Assembly (NCBI GenBank): GCA_964234715.1
Contig: OZ174276.1
From: Podarcis melisellensis
Lineage: Eukaryota
DNA: 64,000 nucleotides
Strand: one strand, 5' to 3'
The notes below the pieces were generated by a model, which made no database searches, was not told the origin of the DNA, and saw only the letters and a list, made by a program, of their open reading frames with translations. Position numbers and translations under genes: made by a program. Each line of letters opens with the position of its first letter. The stretch's first letter is position 1. This document shows, in pieces, positions 52,398-64,000 of the stretch.

Positions 52398-53363
52398 CTG
52401 TATGAAGGAGCAAAAGAGGGCAGAGCTAGGGACTTCTGAAGATGTTTTGCTGCCTGAAGCAAAGTACAAAATGGTTCCACCCACCCCAATCTATGTACAG
52501 AAGTTCATTGAACTGGCAGCTGAATCTTAACACTGGTTGATAGGACAGCTGCAATTTGAACACATGGATCTCTGCACTGTACTTCGATGGTGTGACTTTT
52601 TTAAATATAGCACAACTGGGGTGGTTCCATCCCAAGAGCTTACAAATAAGAACAATGTTCCTGAGCCACTCTGGGCTCTTTTGGGATGATGGCAGAATAT
52701 AAATTTAATGAAATAAATGATTAAGAAATGTAAACCAAAACATCTTATCTAAATCTTTTGAAGTCTGAACTTTAGTTTGTTGCTTGGTTCCCAATTGCAA
52801 AGTTATCGGGGGGAACAAAAGGGTCCCTAGAAGCAGACAGGGTTGCATGACTGAAACAGGAAGGGGGAGCCTGATGAAATTAGCACAATGAGCTAATCCA
52901 GATTACCGTAATTGAACAATGACAACCAACAACTTCTCTCTCTTTTTTTTCCACTCTTGGTCATGACAGCCAGACAACAGCTGACAGGAAAATAAAGGTG
53001 TCTGAACATCAGAAATAATTCATCTATGACAGGAAGAACTTGCTTGAAAGTCCAACTTTCAATGGACATTTGTGCCATTCTCTTGAAGCTAACAAAAACT
53101 AAACTCAAGGGCATCAATGTAGGATTTAATATTCATATACCACCCTTTCCTGAAATACACCACATTCTACAGCAACTGGACTATTTCTATCTTTCAATAA
53201 CTGGAGGAAAAAAGAGAGCAACACAACACTAAGTGCTCTCCTGCTCTGAAAGTGTCACACTTCCATCTTTCCCTGCATTTCCTTCAAGAATCACTTGAAA
53301 GCTTGCAATTTAACATGCAATTTGAAAAAGAGCATTTGCTGCTACTTTTTGGTTGACAGTTAC

Positions 53364-53472
53364 CTATAGGAAGAGTGCATTTGCCAGTGGCATTTAGTTC
53401 CTCAAGTAGGATGGTCATGATGGGTATCAACTTCTGTTTGCTCTCATCAGTGGAAATGAAGCCACTCTCAAG
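53364..53472 (-). CDS. NPRL2: NPRL2 coding exon 4
   Basis: [36 protein letters not shown]. Confidence 0.97.
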
Positions 53473-54240
53473 CTAGAAAGAACAAAGTCAATGATTAGCC
53501 CCAACCAAAATGCAACTTTAAATATACCATGAGAAGCAGAGGTAGTATTGTGTGCTGAAAGTATCCCATACTAAATAAAAATCTTTCATGGGGAATGTGC
53601 ATGTATATATGTGTGTGTAAACAAACACACCCACACCTTTTTATACAGTAATGGGAGAAACTTCGCCATTAGTGCAACTGCAGGATCGGTAACAATCCAG
53701 CAGCAGTTGTGTGATAGGTGGATAGGAAGATATTCCTGCTGCTGAAGCAGCAACCCTGAAACAAGAGAAAAGGCTATATGCTTCTTGAAGCAAATAGGCA
53801 AATAAACAGGAGATGTGTGCTTTTGAGACTGGTGGGAAGGGAGAAAGTATATATCATTGATATCTTTTTTTAAATTTGAAAAGAACATCAACATGGCAGA
53901 ACACTGTTGCAAAGAATTAGATAATTGCACCATTTCTGAGAAGAAATGGTAAAGTAGGTAAATATTCACACTTTACCAACCTTAAAGATGATATATAAAC
54001 TCTTCAAAAGCAGCTGCACAGTACCCTAAGAAAGAACAGGGACAGTGCTCTGCCAGGTCATCAGTGATGTCACAGATACTATCCAACAGGTATCTATGAC
54101 AGTCACACACATCTATCACAGTAGCACTGGTTGCATGTTTGGGTGGTCAATTTCAGAGTTCAGCAGGCGCAATTCAGCAGAACAAAGAAAGAAAACACAA
54201 CAATAAAACAAAGCAGAGGAGACTTTAAATTAAGCTTTCA

Positions 54241-54707
<467 letters not shown>

Positions 54708-54969
54708 TTAAATCTGCAGATCAGTAGTCGCAAGATGAGATCTATGGACTCCTTTGAAACCCATCTAAACATATTTTTATAAATCAGTTTTTCACTGTCA
54801 AGGAAGAGCTATGCTGCAGAGAGAGACCCCAGAGCATAGCTGCCACTCAGAGTAGACAGTACTGGGCTCAATGGACAAATAATCCAACATAGCATAAGGC
54901 AGTTTTCTCAATGTCCCACAACTATATACTGACCAGTTTCTTTATACCATGATGCCTGGTACCACTAAC

Positions 54970-55047
54970 CTGATATGTTATCTTAGGCCCAAGTGTTGGG
55001 TGGAATTCACTGAAAAAGATACACTCAATTCTGCTGCTGACTTCCAT
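54970..55047 (-). CDS. NPRL2: NPRL2 (GATOR1 subunit) coding exon 1
   Basis: [26 protein letters not shown]; 11 exons sum to 1143 nt (380 aa). Confidence 0.96.
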
Positions 55048-55529
55048 AGTGATAACTGCAAGAGATCAAGTATACGCAACTGATGATACTCCCAAGTAAA
55101 TACCTCATAATTTTAAGAATTGTTATTTGTAATAGGGAGGGAACTCCACAAATCCAGAAAGATCACAGGAAGGGCACGACTTCTTGTAGCTGTTAACCAT
55201 GCCTCCCTCAGTTATGTACAACATCCCATCATATAGCTCTTATAAGTCTCTGAGGACTTTTATTAATGAGTTTAAGTTTATGCGAGCTTTCCCACATATA
55301 AAGGAACAGTGACAAGCAGTGCGATTTCCTGCTGCAGCTAAGCTCTCCTTTCCCTCCCCCCTCAGTTCAGGAGGGCTTCCCTGGCTCAGCTCAGCCTGAA
55401 CCCCTCTCTCCTTAGCTCAGTTTTCCTTCTAAATTGTTACACTTCCGGCTGGCAAAAGACACTGGAAAAAATTGTTCCTGTGTAGGAAACTCCAGGTTCA
55501 TTGCTAAGTGGGCAGACAAGTAAGAGTTA

Positions 55530-56300
55530 CACTCGCACACACATTTCCCCAGGGAACGCAGCACAAACGGGCGAAACAGCCTGCAAGCGCCCCCTCCCTC
55601 CTCCCCAAGTGAACGAAGAACAGCACTGAAGGAAAGGCGCACTCACCGGCGACCGAGAAAGGAGAGCAGCAAGAGCACGCATGCGCACACTATAGTCCTG
55701 AGTATGGCCGGAGTCGGGGAGAACGATTGGCTTTTCAACGCAGGCGCAAAACAGCTGGGCGCGCGCGCGCGCGAGAGAGAGATAGACTAACGTTATGGCG
55801 CATGCGCGTGCCATCACCGTTTTATCTGGCCTAGTGGCGAGACTGCTGTCCCGGAGATGCGCGCACACAGATTTCTCTGACTTCCGATAAAACGAATGGC
55901 AATTCCAAACAAAGGAGCCGTCGAGGAGAACTTGCCCAGGTGGTCACGTGGCTTATCAGGTTGCAGGCTTCATTTGACAGAACTTCGCCCGTGATGGACA
56001 GCGAAGCTCAGCCTCTCAGATGCGGAGGATGACAGTCAGGGTAGGCGGGCCCTAGAAGGCCAGTCTCGGCCTTGCCCAATCAGCAGGTGGCGCTTGCTTC
56101 CTCTGCTTCTATCGGAGTTCCTGCTCCCTTGCGATGAGGATCATCCGCGAGCAGGTAGGTGAAATCCGCGCTCCCTGGGATCTACTGTTGGACACGGGTG
56201 TGTGTGTGTTCGGACTAAGGAACTCGGTGTGTATGCGAACCCAAGTGGGAAGGGGGGCGGCAGCGTGGGTCGAGATCTGCCCCCTTTTGCACAGCTGTCG
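55530..56300. promoter_or_regulatory. Bidirectional CpG-island promoter shared by NPRL2 and CYB561D2
   Basis: Head-to-head genes; NRF1-type motifs (ACGCATGCGC 55677-55686, GCGCATGCGC 55798-55807), CCAAT boxes, E-box 55943-55952; candidate non-coding exon donors at 55646 (-) and 56155 (+). Confidence 0.85.
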
Positions 56301-57183
56301 TGGGTGGGGCTGTTCCTGTGACTTGAAGCCTTGCTGGGGATGCCTTTGTGTGACCCGCATCTTCGATCTTGGCAAATCGGCACCTGAAACCCAGAAATCT
56401 CCTGCTCCTCAAAATCTCGCTTTGTGAAGAGTTAGGAGGAGGGGAATGTGCTTTTGGATTAGGGAAGATTGGGTCCTCCCAATGACTATCGAATATATAA
56501 ATATGTATATAAGCATATATGCTATACAGTATACCGTATATTAAACGGGGGTCTGAAGGGTCTGTGGGTGTTCCCCCCCACCCCTGTAATTTGGCAGACT
56601 GGGTATCCTCCCTCCGCAAATGAATAGGGCGGGGAAGAATCATGAAGCACGCTAAATCTCGCTCAGCCGTTCATAGTGCACAGAAAGAAATCCGGATCAG
56701 ACTCTGCAATAACAGGTTGCTGAGGGGAGATGAATGAGCGCCGGCGACTCTACCACATTTTCATACTTAAGACAACAGGATCAGTGTCCTGACATGACAG
56801 CTGATCTGTGGCAGCAGGTTTAAAAGAAAGGGATGCTGGTGAGAGTGAATATACAGTACTGTATTTTCCTCCTGAAGTCGGCTGTGGTTTAATTCCTGCT
56901 TAAATAAAATGCGCTAAATGGGATAAGCACAAACGCCATCCAGTTACAAGATCAAGTGTAGAGGTGGTAATTTCACTGTTTATGGCTTCCTGGGTTTGAA
57001 CACTTATTCATACTACTTTGGAAACTACTGAATGAGCTCTCTCTCTCTTTTACTCTTTTAAAAGGGAGTGTTCACTCTGACTGACAATAATTCTGTGTTT
57101 GAAAAGAAGTGAATGCATCTCTCAGTTGGCTGTGGTCCCTTTGAGTTTAATTTCAGTGTCAATCTCATTTCTTTGTTAATCCA

Positions 57184-57336
57184 GGGGTGAAACGAAGCTT
57201 TAGGGAAGCTTTTAATGTTTAATAGACTATTGTATTTTAATATTCTGTTGGAAGCTGCCCAGAGTGGCTGGGGAAACCCAGCCGGATGGGCGGGGAATAA
57301 ATAATAAATAATAAATAATTATTATTTATTATTATT
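57184..57336 (+). mobile_element. L2-type 3' tail with AAT-rich end
   Basis: gctgcccagagtggctggggaaacccagcc...gatgggcgggg followed by aataaataat repeats. Confidence 0.7.
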
Positions 57337-58650
57337 AATTTCACCTGGGTCAAAGACCCAGTTTGGCAGCCATATGCATTTGCACGCACAGGCTGGGAGC
57401 CTCAGTGGTGCCACTCTGGAGACTTTACTGGGGCAACCCCCCCCCCCATGCATATGGCCCTAGTTAACCCTATGATTTCATTCCAGTAAGACGGTGGATC
57501 TGTAGAGGGTGCAAAGAAGGGATTAACAGGGCTTGGACCTTGCTTCAGCTCTCCACTCGGGGTTGCTTCATCTGGGACAAAATTCATGTAGAGAAAGCAG
57601 CGCTGGATAGAAATGAATGTGCAACCCATGTGTACATAAGATGTTTGGAGTTCTCTTGCCACATAAAAAACAACAACCTGGAACCTCCCCCCTCACCAGT
57701 TGGCCACAGGTTTCTGGTGTGTTTAATCAATAATAAATTGGATTGATCAATGAGAATCCAGGAAGCAGAATAGGACTTTAGTTTACATATTAGGCTTTGC
57801 ATGAACCAGGGAGAATCTGTTAGGTGTTCCAGTTGGTGCTGGTGGCTGAAGATTTGTTCAAGAGCTCTAACCTTAATTCGGGAATTCCATGAGGAACGTA
57901 AAGAAAAATGTGGTTATGCCTTAGCCTGCCAAATGCCTCCACGTTTCAATAGCATTACTCCATGGAGCTGCAGCATCAATACTTGCTGTCATAAAATGAA
58001 ATATGTCTGTGACTCAACAGGCTTTCTTAGCAAACCAATAATAAGAGTGGTGTAACTCTTGTAGTGCTTTATACTGGCTTTGTAGTTTGTCAGTGTGTCC
58101 TAGTTTCTCCCTGGTAAAAGTTGTCTGCCCTGCTGCAACCATGGGAGACTTTTTTTCTACTGCACTAATTCTAGCGAGAAGATGTGCTAAGACAGCACAT
58201 TTTGTGTACATGCCAGGCAGAATGTGGCATAGGCAAATGTTTCCCTTTAGTACCACACTGTCACAGGTATTGCAGTTACAATGAGGGAGGGAGAAAAAAG
58301 AATGGGCATGATGGAAGGGGAGAGTTCAGCTGACTTCCTGAAATAGCCCATTGCTATTGCTAATAAATCAAGCAGATGGTGGGGAACAAAGTCAGATTCA
58401 CCAGTGAAAGTTATTGCTGGGCCTTGTGCCATCTTATGACAGATTTTTTGGTGTTAATAGCTTTGCCTGTCTTTTTCTCAGGTAACTAACAGACGTATGA
58501 GAAGTATGTTTTCCCCATCAGCACAATAACATTCTATCGTTTCCCCTTCATGTGCTGGGGAAGCTGATACATGCTGCATACAGAAAAAAGGAAGCTGGTA
58601 ACTGGTGAAGGGTGGAAGGTCAAGATCCTGTCAACTGTGCTGGAGAAGAC

Positions 58651-58777
58651 ATGGCTCTGACTGTTGAAACAGAATCGCGAATATACCACTCTCTCAGAGC
58701 TGTCTTTGGTGCTACTGCGCACCTTGCCTCACTTGGATTTACCATCTTCGTAGCTGTGGTGGCTAGACCTGGATCAA
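58651..58777 (+). CDS. CYB561D2: CYB561D2 (transmembrane ascorbate-dependent ferrireductase) coding exon 1
   Basis: [42 protein letters not shown]; GTAAGT donor, phase 1. Confidence 0.96.
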
Positions 58778-59780
58778 GTAAGTAGGATGCAATGATAGGT
58801 ACATTGTTAAATGTGCTCCTATACCTGTGCATAGGTTTGATTAAAAACTGAGATGTGGGCAGATATACACTCAATCAAAATTCTGTCTTGAGTGTGAGTA
58901 AAGGATGTTAGTCATTTGAAAGTAAGACTTATAGTCCAGCATTTGTAGAGCAGATTTCAGGTGGTTTAGGCCTCACTCTGCATATAGCCAACATGATAGG
59001 CTTCTGAATCATCTAAGCTCTCTAGGGCGCTTTTGCTCTTAAATATAATTGTTTTACAGGGCCTAAACTGATAGGAATAGCTTCTGCTTGACATAACACA
59101 TAGGATGGTGTCTCAGTCCTGCAAGAAACCTGTGCATGCTCCTGATGCACATTTTAATGTTCATCCCCTTCATGGTGTTTTTCCAAACCCTATGTGAATT
59201 AGGAAGACCATCCACATGAAGTTTACATGTCTGTGACTACAGTCTTTGATTATTGCCTGGAGAGAGTTTGGCCAGTGCACTTTACTGACGAATAGTGTAG
59301 CATTTCTGTTTTTCCATTACAAAATGCAACACATGAGCTCTGTCACAGTAAACCAATCCTTTGCAACATCTCCTGTTACTAACTTTGCAGTCCTATATGT
59401 TTTATGAGAATAAACTTTGATCCTCTCTCTGTTAAATGAGTCTTCTAGTGAAATATGATCCTTTAACATAACAAAAGCTTTAGACAAGATCATTAGGCCC
59501 ATTTTCAGTGATGCCTTAGGTATTTTGGCATAGGGCACTGCATTCCCACTTGCAGTCTCAGCAAAGCACATGTGTTGAACCAAAGGTGAGACTGCGAACA
59601 CCATCTTGATAGTCAAGATGACCCTGAAACTAATTGGTAGTTGTTGCAACAATGAGCTCACCTCTATATGCACTTGCTTTGTTATAGACTAATTGGATTG
59701 CTTTGATGCTATGCTTATCTGTGGGGCCTGGGATATTGGGTTCTTGGCCCACAGAGGGGAAGTATCTGTAAGCCTTAGAT

Positions 59781-59916
59781 CAGGCTTCCTCAAACTCGGC
59801 CCTCCAGCTGTTTTTGGCCTACAACTCCCATGATCCCTAGCTAGCAGGACCAGTGGTCAGGGATGATGGGAATTGTAGTCTCGAAACATCTGGAGGGCCA
59901 AGTTTGAGGAAGCCTG
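59781..59916. mobile_element. hAT MITE, nearly palindromic
   Basis: TIR caggcttcctcaaact/agtttgaggaagcctg; perfect 8-bp TSD ccttagat. Confidence 0.92.
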
Positions 59917-60799
59917 CCTTAGATAGTTTCCAGCTATGCCCTCAGATGGATTGATGAGAAGTTCTGGTCAAACAAAAGTATGCCGTCTTTTGTATAAGTA
60001 ATGCTTAACTTATTAGCACTTTGTGGACAAGTCGTGATTGCTTCCTGCTGTGGTGTTCCCCCCATGTCTGTAATGGCAGTGGGGCTTTGCAGGCTGTGTT
60101 GTAAGTTTATACTTTTTTTTAATAAAGCACTAGAACTGGCCATTCTGGTGTCTTTGATTTTCTCTTTTGGTATCTGCACCAAACCACTGACCCTCCTTTG
60201 GGCTGCAGATCAGAACAACACACCACATTGCTCAAAATATTCGATTTTTTTTTAAAGAGGGATATAATCTGTGTTGTGCCAGATTCTAAAAACATCCCTG
60301 TTGCACCTACAACCCACAATTTAGTGTAGCATAAGGTTTCATGTACTTGTGGCCACAAATTTTATACCACTGCAGATCTGTTCCATCTTTAAGGTACCAC
60401 AATGCTTGTTTATCTTTTTCCTACTACAAAGTAAATGGCAACCTTTCCAGAATTCATATGCAATTCCACAATGTGTTCGGAGTGCTGTACTGCATTTCTT
60501 TCAGCGCTTTGGATTTTGAAGTCATTTTGTTATGTCTATTTTGGGAAAAGTTTTGCTCCTCCCTCAACCTCACGTGAGAAGGAATGACAAAGGGATCCAA
60601 ATTGAAGTACACAGTATACAAAAATGTGTGATGGCTTCTCTCCAGCAACAATGATTCTAGTACACTTAGTATTTCCACACAATTGGATTAATTATAGGAT
60701 TTAAATGGATGTATCCTATTTCCATAGCAGGTAGCACATTTTCAGCTGTATGCTAATTGATCGTCTACAGGGACTCACCTTGCTTTTGTTTCTTTACAG

Positions 60800-60837
60800 G
60801 CTTGTTCTCCTGGCATCCTTTCTTAATGTCTCTTGCG
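60800..60837 (+). CDS. CYB561D2: CYB561D2 coding exon 2 (38 nt)
   Basis: SLFSWHPFLMSLA, containing the first heme-ligand His motif. Confidence 0.96.
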
Positions 60838-61183
60838 GTAAGCCAGCCACAGGCATTCTTTACAACCATCTTCCTAAATAACTAATTATAACCTTACCTT
60901 ATCTATATCGGGCTTTGTTTAGTGGACCGAATAGTCTGAGAAAGGGCTGGAGGCAGCTTATTGTGGAGTAAGATGGAAATTCTGTGCTAAGGAATTGGAA
61001 AAGGCAGAGGAGATGCAGCTGCTCCTGCCTGTTGTGGGACTCGAATCCAGAATTCCCTACTGGTAGATAGGATTAAAATATGAGATAATTATCCCTTCCT
61101 TCTCTGTGTGCAGCTCATAAAGCTTTTATCTTCTCCTTTGCTGATGAAGATCACTATAAAATTTGTACCAGCCAGATGGGCGG

Positions 61184-61184
<1 letters not shown>

Positions 61185-61225
<41 letters not shown>
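61185..61225. repeat. (TAT)n microsatellite
   Basis: Direct observation; explains the poly-Ile ORFs in the track. Confidence 0.95.
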
Positions 61226-61226
<1 letters not shown>

Positions 61227-61441
61227 AACCTTCTTTAGAAAAGAGATAAGCCATTCCATGACAGAACAATTTCTTCTCCAGTATTTGGCAGGAATTCCCA
61301 AATTATTACACAAAGTTAAATGCTGGGGGAAAGCAAGGAAGCTTTTGTTGTTGTTGTTAAGCTGGGAATGAGTGCAATTTTACCATTGGCTAAATGTAAT
61401 GTAACAAACCATAGTGGTGTTGTCTTCTTTTGCCTCTCCAG

Positions 61442-61945
61442 TTTTCTTTCCTGATGACAGAAGCCCTGCTGACTTTCTCTCCAGAGAGCTCCCTCCTCCA
61501 GTCCTTCTCCCGGAAGGCCAAGGTCCGCTTCCATTGGGCTTTACAGTTGCTCTCACTCACCTGTGCAGTGTTGGGCTTGGTCATCATCAGCTATAACAAG
61601 TACCGCAAGGGGAAAGACCATTTTGTCACTTGGCACGGTTTGACTGGCTTGCTGACGGTGCTGTATGCTACCATGCAGTGCATGGGGGGCCTTGCTCTGC
61701 TCTACCCCAAGCTGATGAAGAACTGGACACTGAGCAAACTCAAGCTTTATCATGCCACATCAGGGCTGATCGGTTACATTCTTGGCTGTGCCAGTTTGAT
61801 GCTGGGTATGTGTTCCTTGTGGTTTACCATATCTGTAACTGGAGTCTCCTGGTATCTTTCCATGCTGTGTCCTATCCTCACCAGCCTGGTTATCATGAAC
61901 CAAGTGAGCAATGCCTACCTCTATCGCAAAAGAATCCAGCCTTGA
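61442..61945 (+). CDS. CYB561D2: CYB561D2 coding exon 3 (stop)
   Basis: [19 protein letters not shown]...RFHW...TWHG...KLYHATSG...[11 protein letters not shown]; total 669 nt (222 aa). Confidence 0.97.
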   Translation, partial: FSFLMTEALLTFSPESSLLQSFSRKAKVRFHWALQLLSLTCAVLGLVIISYNKYRKGKDHFVTWHGLTGLLTVLYATMQCMGGLALLYPKLMKNWTLSKLKLYHATSGLIGYILGCASLMLGMCSLWFTISVTGVSWYLSMLCPILTSLVIMNQVSNAYLYRKRIQP

Positions 61946-62322
61946 AAGCCATCCTGAAACAGACAGCTTGTGGGATCTCTGAAGAATTCCTGCATTGTCA
62001 GTAAGGAGTCAGGTGGTCTTACAAGGCAGTGGGACTGAAGAATCTTATTTTACTTGCCTATAGCATCATATGGTATTTTATGTAATTTCTGACTTTTCCC
62101 TGTTAAAATCCTGGAGATGCCCATCCTGTTGAACCAGCTTCCTTTTGGTGCCAGAGTGTCCATGTAGCATTTTCTCTTCTCTGTCAAAATACCTCTGGAA
62201 ATATGGCCAGTGCTGAGTAAGTAGCCCAGTTGCACTCTGCTGGTGCCTCCCTGTGAAAGAACACCAAGTATTGCTTAGGTCATTCTTGATTCAGGTAGCT
62301 GCTGAAATCCTTCTTGCATATA

Positions 62323-62324
<2 letters not shown>

Positions 62325-62353
<29 letters not shown>
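62325..62353. repeat. (CA)n microsatellite downstream of the CYB561D2 stop
   Basis: Direct observation. Confidence 0.95.
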
Positions 62354-62356
<3 letters not shown>

Positions 62357-64000
62357 CAGCTGTTTTAATATACTTTCTCCTGGTAAACTGTTTGGGGTCC
62401 AGATGTCCTAGTTTAGGTATCAGATTGAACCTTTTAACACTCTGAATAAGGGAAGGGCTGATCTCTCCCTAACACAGTTGTAAAGGCCTGTCTAAAAAAA
62501 TCTGTCCTGACTGTGCAGTGTTCTAAGCTGTATTAGAAATGACAAGGTAATTTGAGCTAGGCAGGATCTAAACATATTATGTGCTTTAAAAACAAAGCTG
62601 CTTTGTATGGAGACTCTACAACCAGAAAGTGGCAAGGGAGGACAGAGGGCCTAACACTTCTCATTTTTTAATGCTCAAGAACACCAGACCACCCCTGTAT
62701 AGCAGGTTTTCTTCCCAGCAGGATTCAAAGTGCATGTTAGCATGTAAGTGTAAATTATTATTATTACTGCTGCTTTATCTGTTCATAGCCTTGTAGCTGA
62801 AGCTCTCAGGGGGATTTACATAAACAGTTTAAAAACCAAACCTGATCAACAATATGTGTTAGACTGGCTAAGTAACTTCACTTCCTGAAATAGTGAAGTG
62901 GCTCAGATGTGGATCAATTAGCCATTGGCCTTTTCCAGAGACAATTTGATGTGAAGAGATGGTGGTTGACATGTAGAGCATTTTGTACAACCTGTCTTAG
63001 ATCTAGACAAACATTAGGAGATACTTGCTATTTCCTTCCACTGTTATAATATTCCAAGGGCTCCAACTCCTTCACTGCCCCACCTCTCTTGTGTTTTTTT
63101 TTTTACTCTCTTAGAAGTCCTGTCATTCCATGTCTGCACCACTCAGTTCAATGTGGCTTAGTCCCTTGCTACTCTGGACTGCATTGCAGGCTTGTTTACC
63201 TGTGCTTGCCTTGTGTTTGTGTGGAAGTAGGGGGAAAGGAAGAAATTGCTACTGTGTCCTCCCTTCTGTCGCCACTCTGGCCCTCAGTAGTTACTGTGGC
63301 CTTTTCTTTGGTCAGCTGCTATAACAGCAGCCATTTTGAGAGCAACTGCTGCCTAGAAAACAACAGGCAAACACTGAGAACCAGGAAGAAAAGGGGCAGC
63401 ACAGTGATGGATTCTCCGCCTCCTCTTCCCTGGTGGAAAGATGTGAGGTAGGCAAAAGTTACATGAGCATATGGTACACTGAACTTGAGAAAGGCTTTCA
63501 AGAATGGTATAACCGAGTCTCTGTTCCCTTCTTTACACTGATAACTTCTGGGTTCCTCCTTTCAGGTTGACGCATGCACTGTTCATGGGAAAGCTTCACG
63601 GACAAAAGCACAATACTATGTAAACTTAGGAATTTCTCTTTGAACTTCTGGCCTAGTGGTATAGGTTCTCACAGTCTTTTATCCTATACCTGGAAAGGTA
63701 TACCACAAGACCACATTATTACCCGAAACTATTCCTGATAGAGGGAAGCTTACAGCCCGACAAATGTATTTATGCCCTCTCAAGGTGAAGAAGAAACCTG
63801 CTCAGTCCTTTCCCTTCTAGGTGTACAGAATTTCCATTCACTCTTGCGTTATGGTAGATGAATAGTAGCTTCATTTTATGGCTAGGTAAGCAAAAGGGAG
63901 CCCTGATTTCCAAAGGTTTCCCACTGATCCAGGCACAGAGGTTAGAATAGTATCTGCATGGCTGTCTTCTTTTGTAGCTCTTAGACCAAAACTCCCAGCA

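Noticed and set aside
62000-64000. Expected TMEM115 from synteny
   Set aside because: No recognisable TMEM115 coding sequence inside the window

Overview
Vertebrate genomic DNA, almost certainly a squamate and probably a lacertid lizard, judged from Sauria/Squam SINEs and CR1/L2 tails. It is the orthologue of the human 3p21.3 tumour-suppressor cluster, with conserved order and orientation: 5' part of RASSF1 (- strand; isoform A exons 1alpha and 2alphabeta, isoform C exon 2gamma; shared downstream exons not found, presumably left of the window), complete ZMYND10 (- strand, 12 coding exons, 459 aa), complete NPRL2 (- strand, 11 coding exons, 380 aa) and complete CYB561D2 (+ strand, 3 coding exons, 222 aa). 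NPRL2 and CYB561D2 share a bidirectional CpG-island promoter. Exons were assembled by hand from GT-AG sites, phase continuity and recalled similarity to the human proteins. Introns carry many non-autonomous hAT and Tc1/mariner elements, SINEs and LINE tails. No clearly novel protein-coding system was found. The best leads are regulatory and inferential: a candidate upstream non-coding first exon for RASSF1A, a candidate poison exon in NPRL2, an ATF4-like uORF arrangement before CYB561D2, a CLEAR-like E-box at the NPRL2/CYB561D2 promoter, an RFX X-box at ZMYND10, possible extra exons downstream of CYB561D2, and a foldback transposon plus a stack of three MITEs in RASSF1A intron 1.
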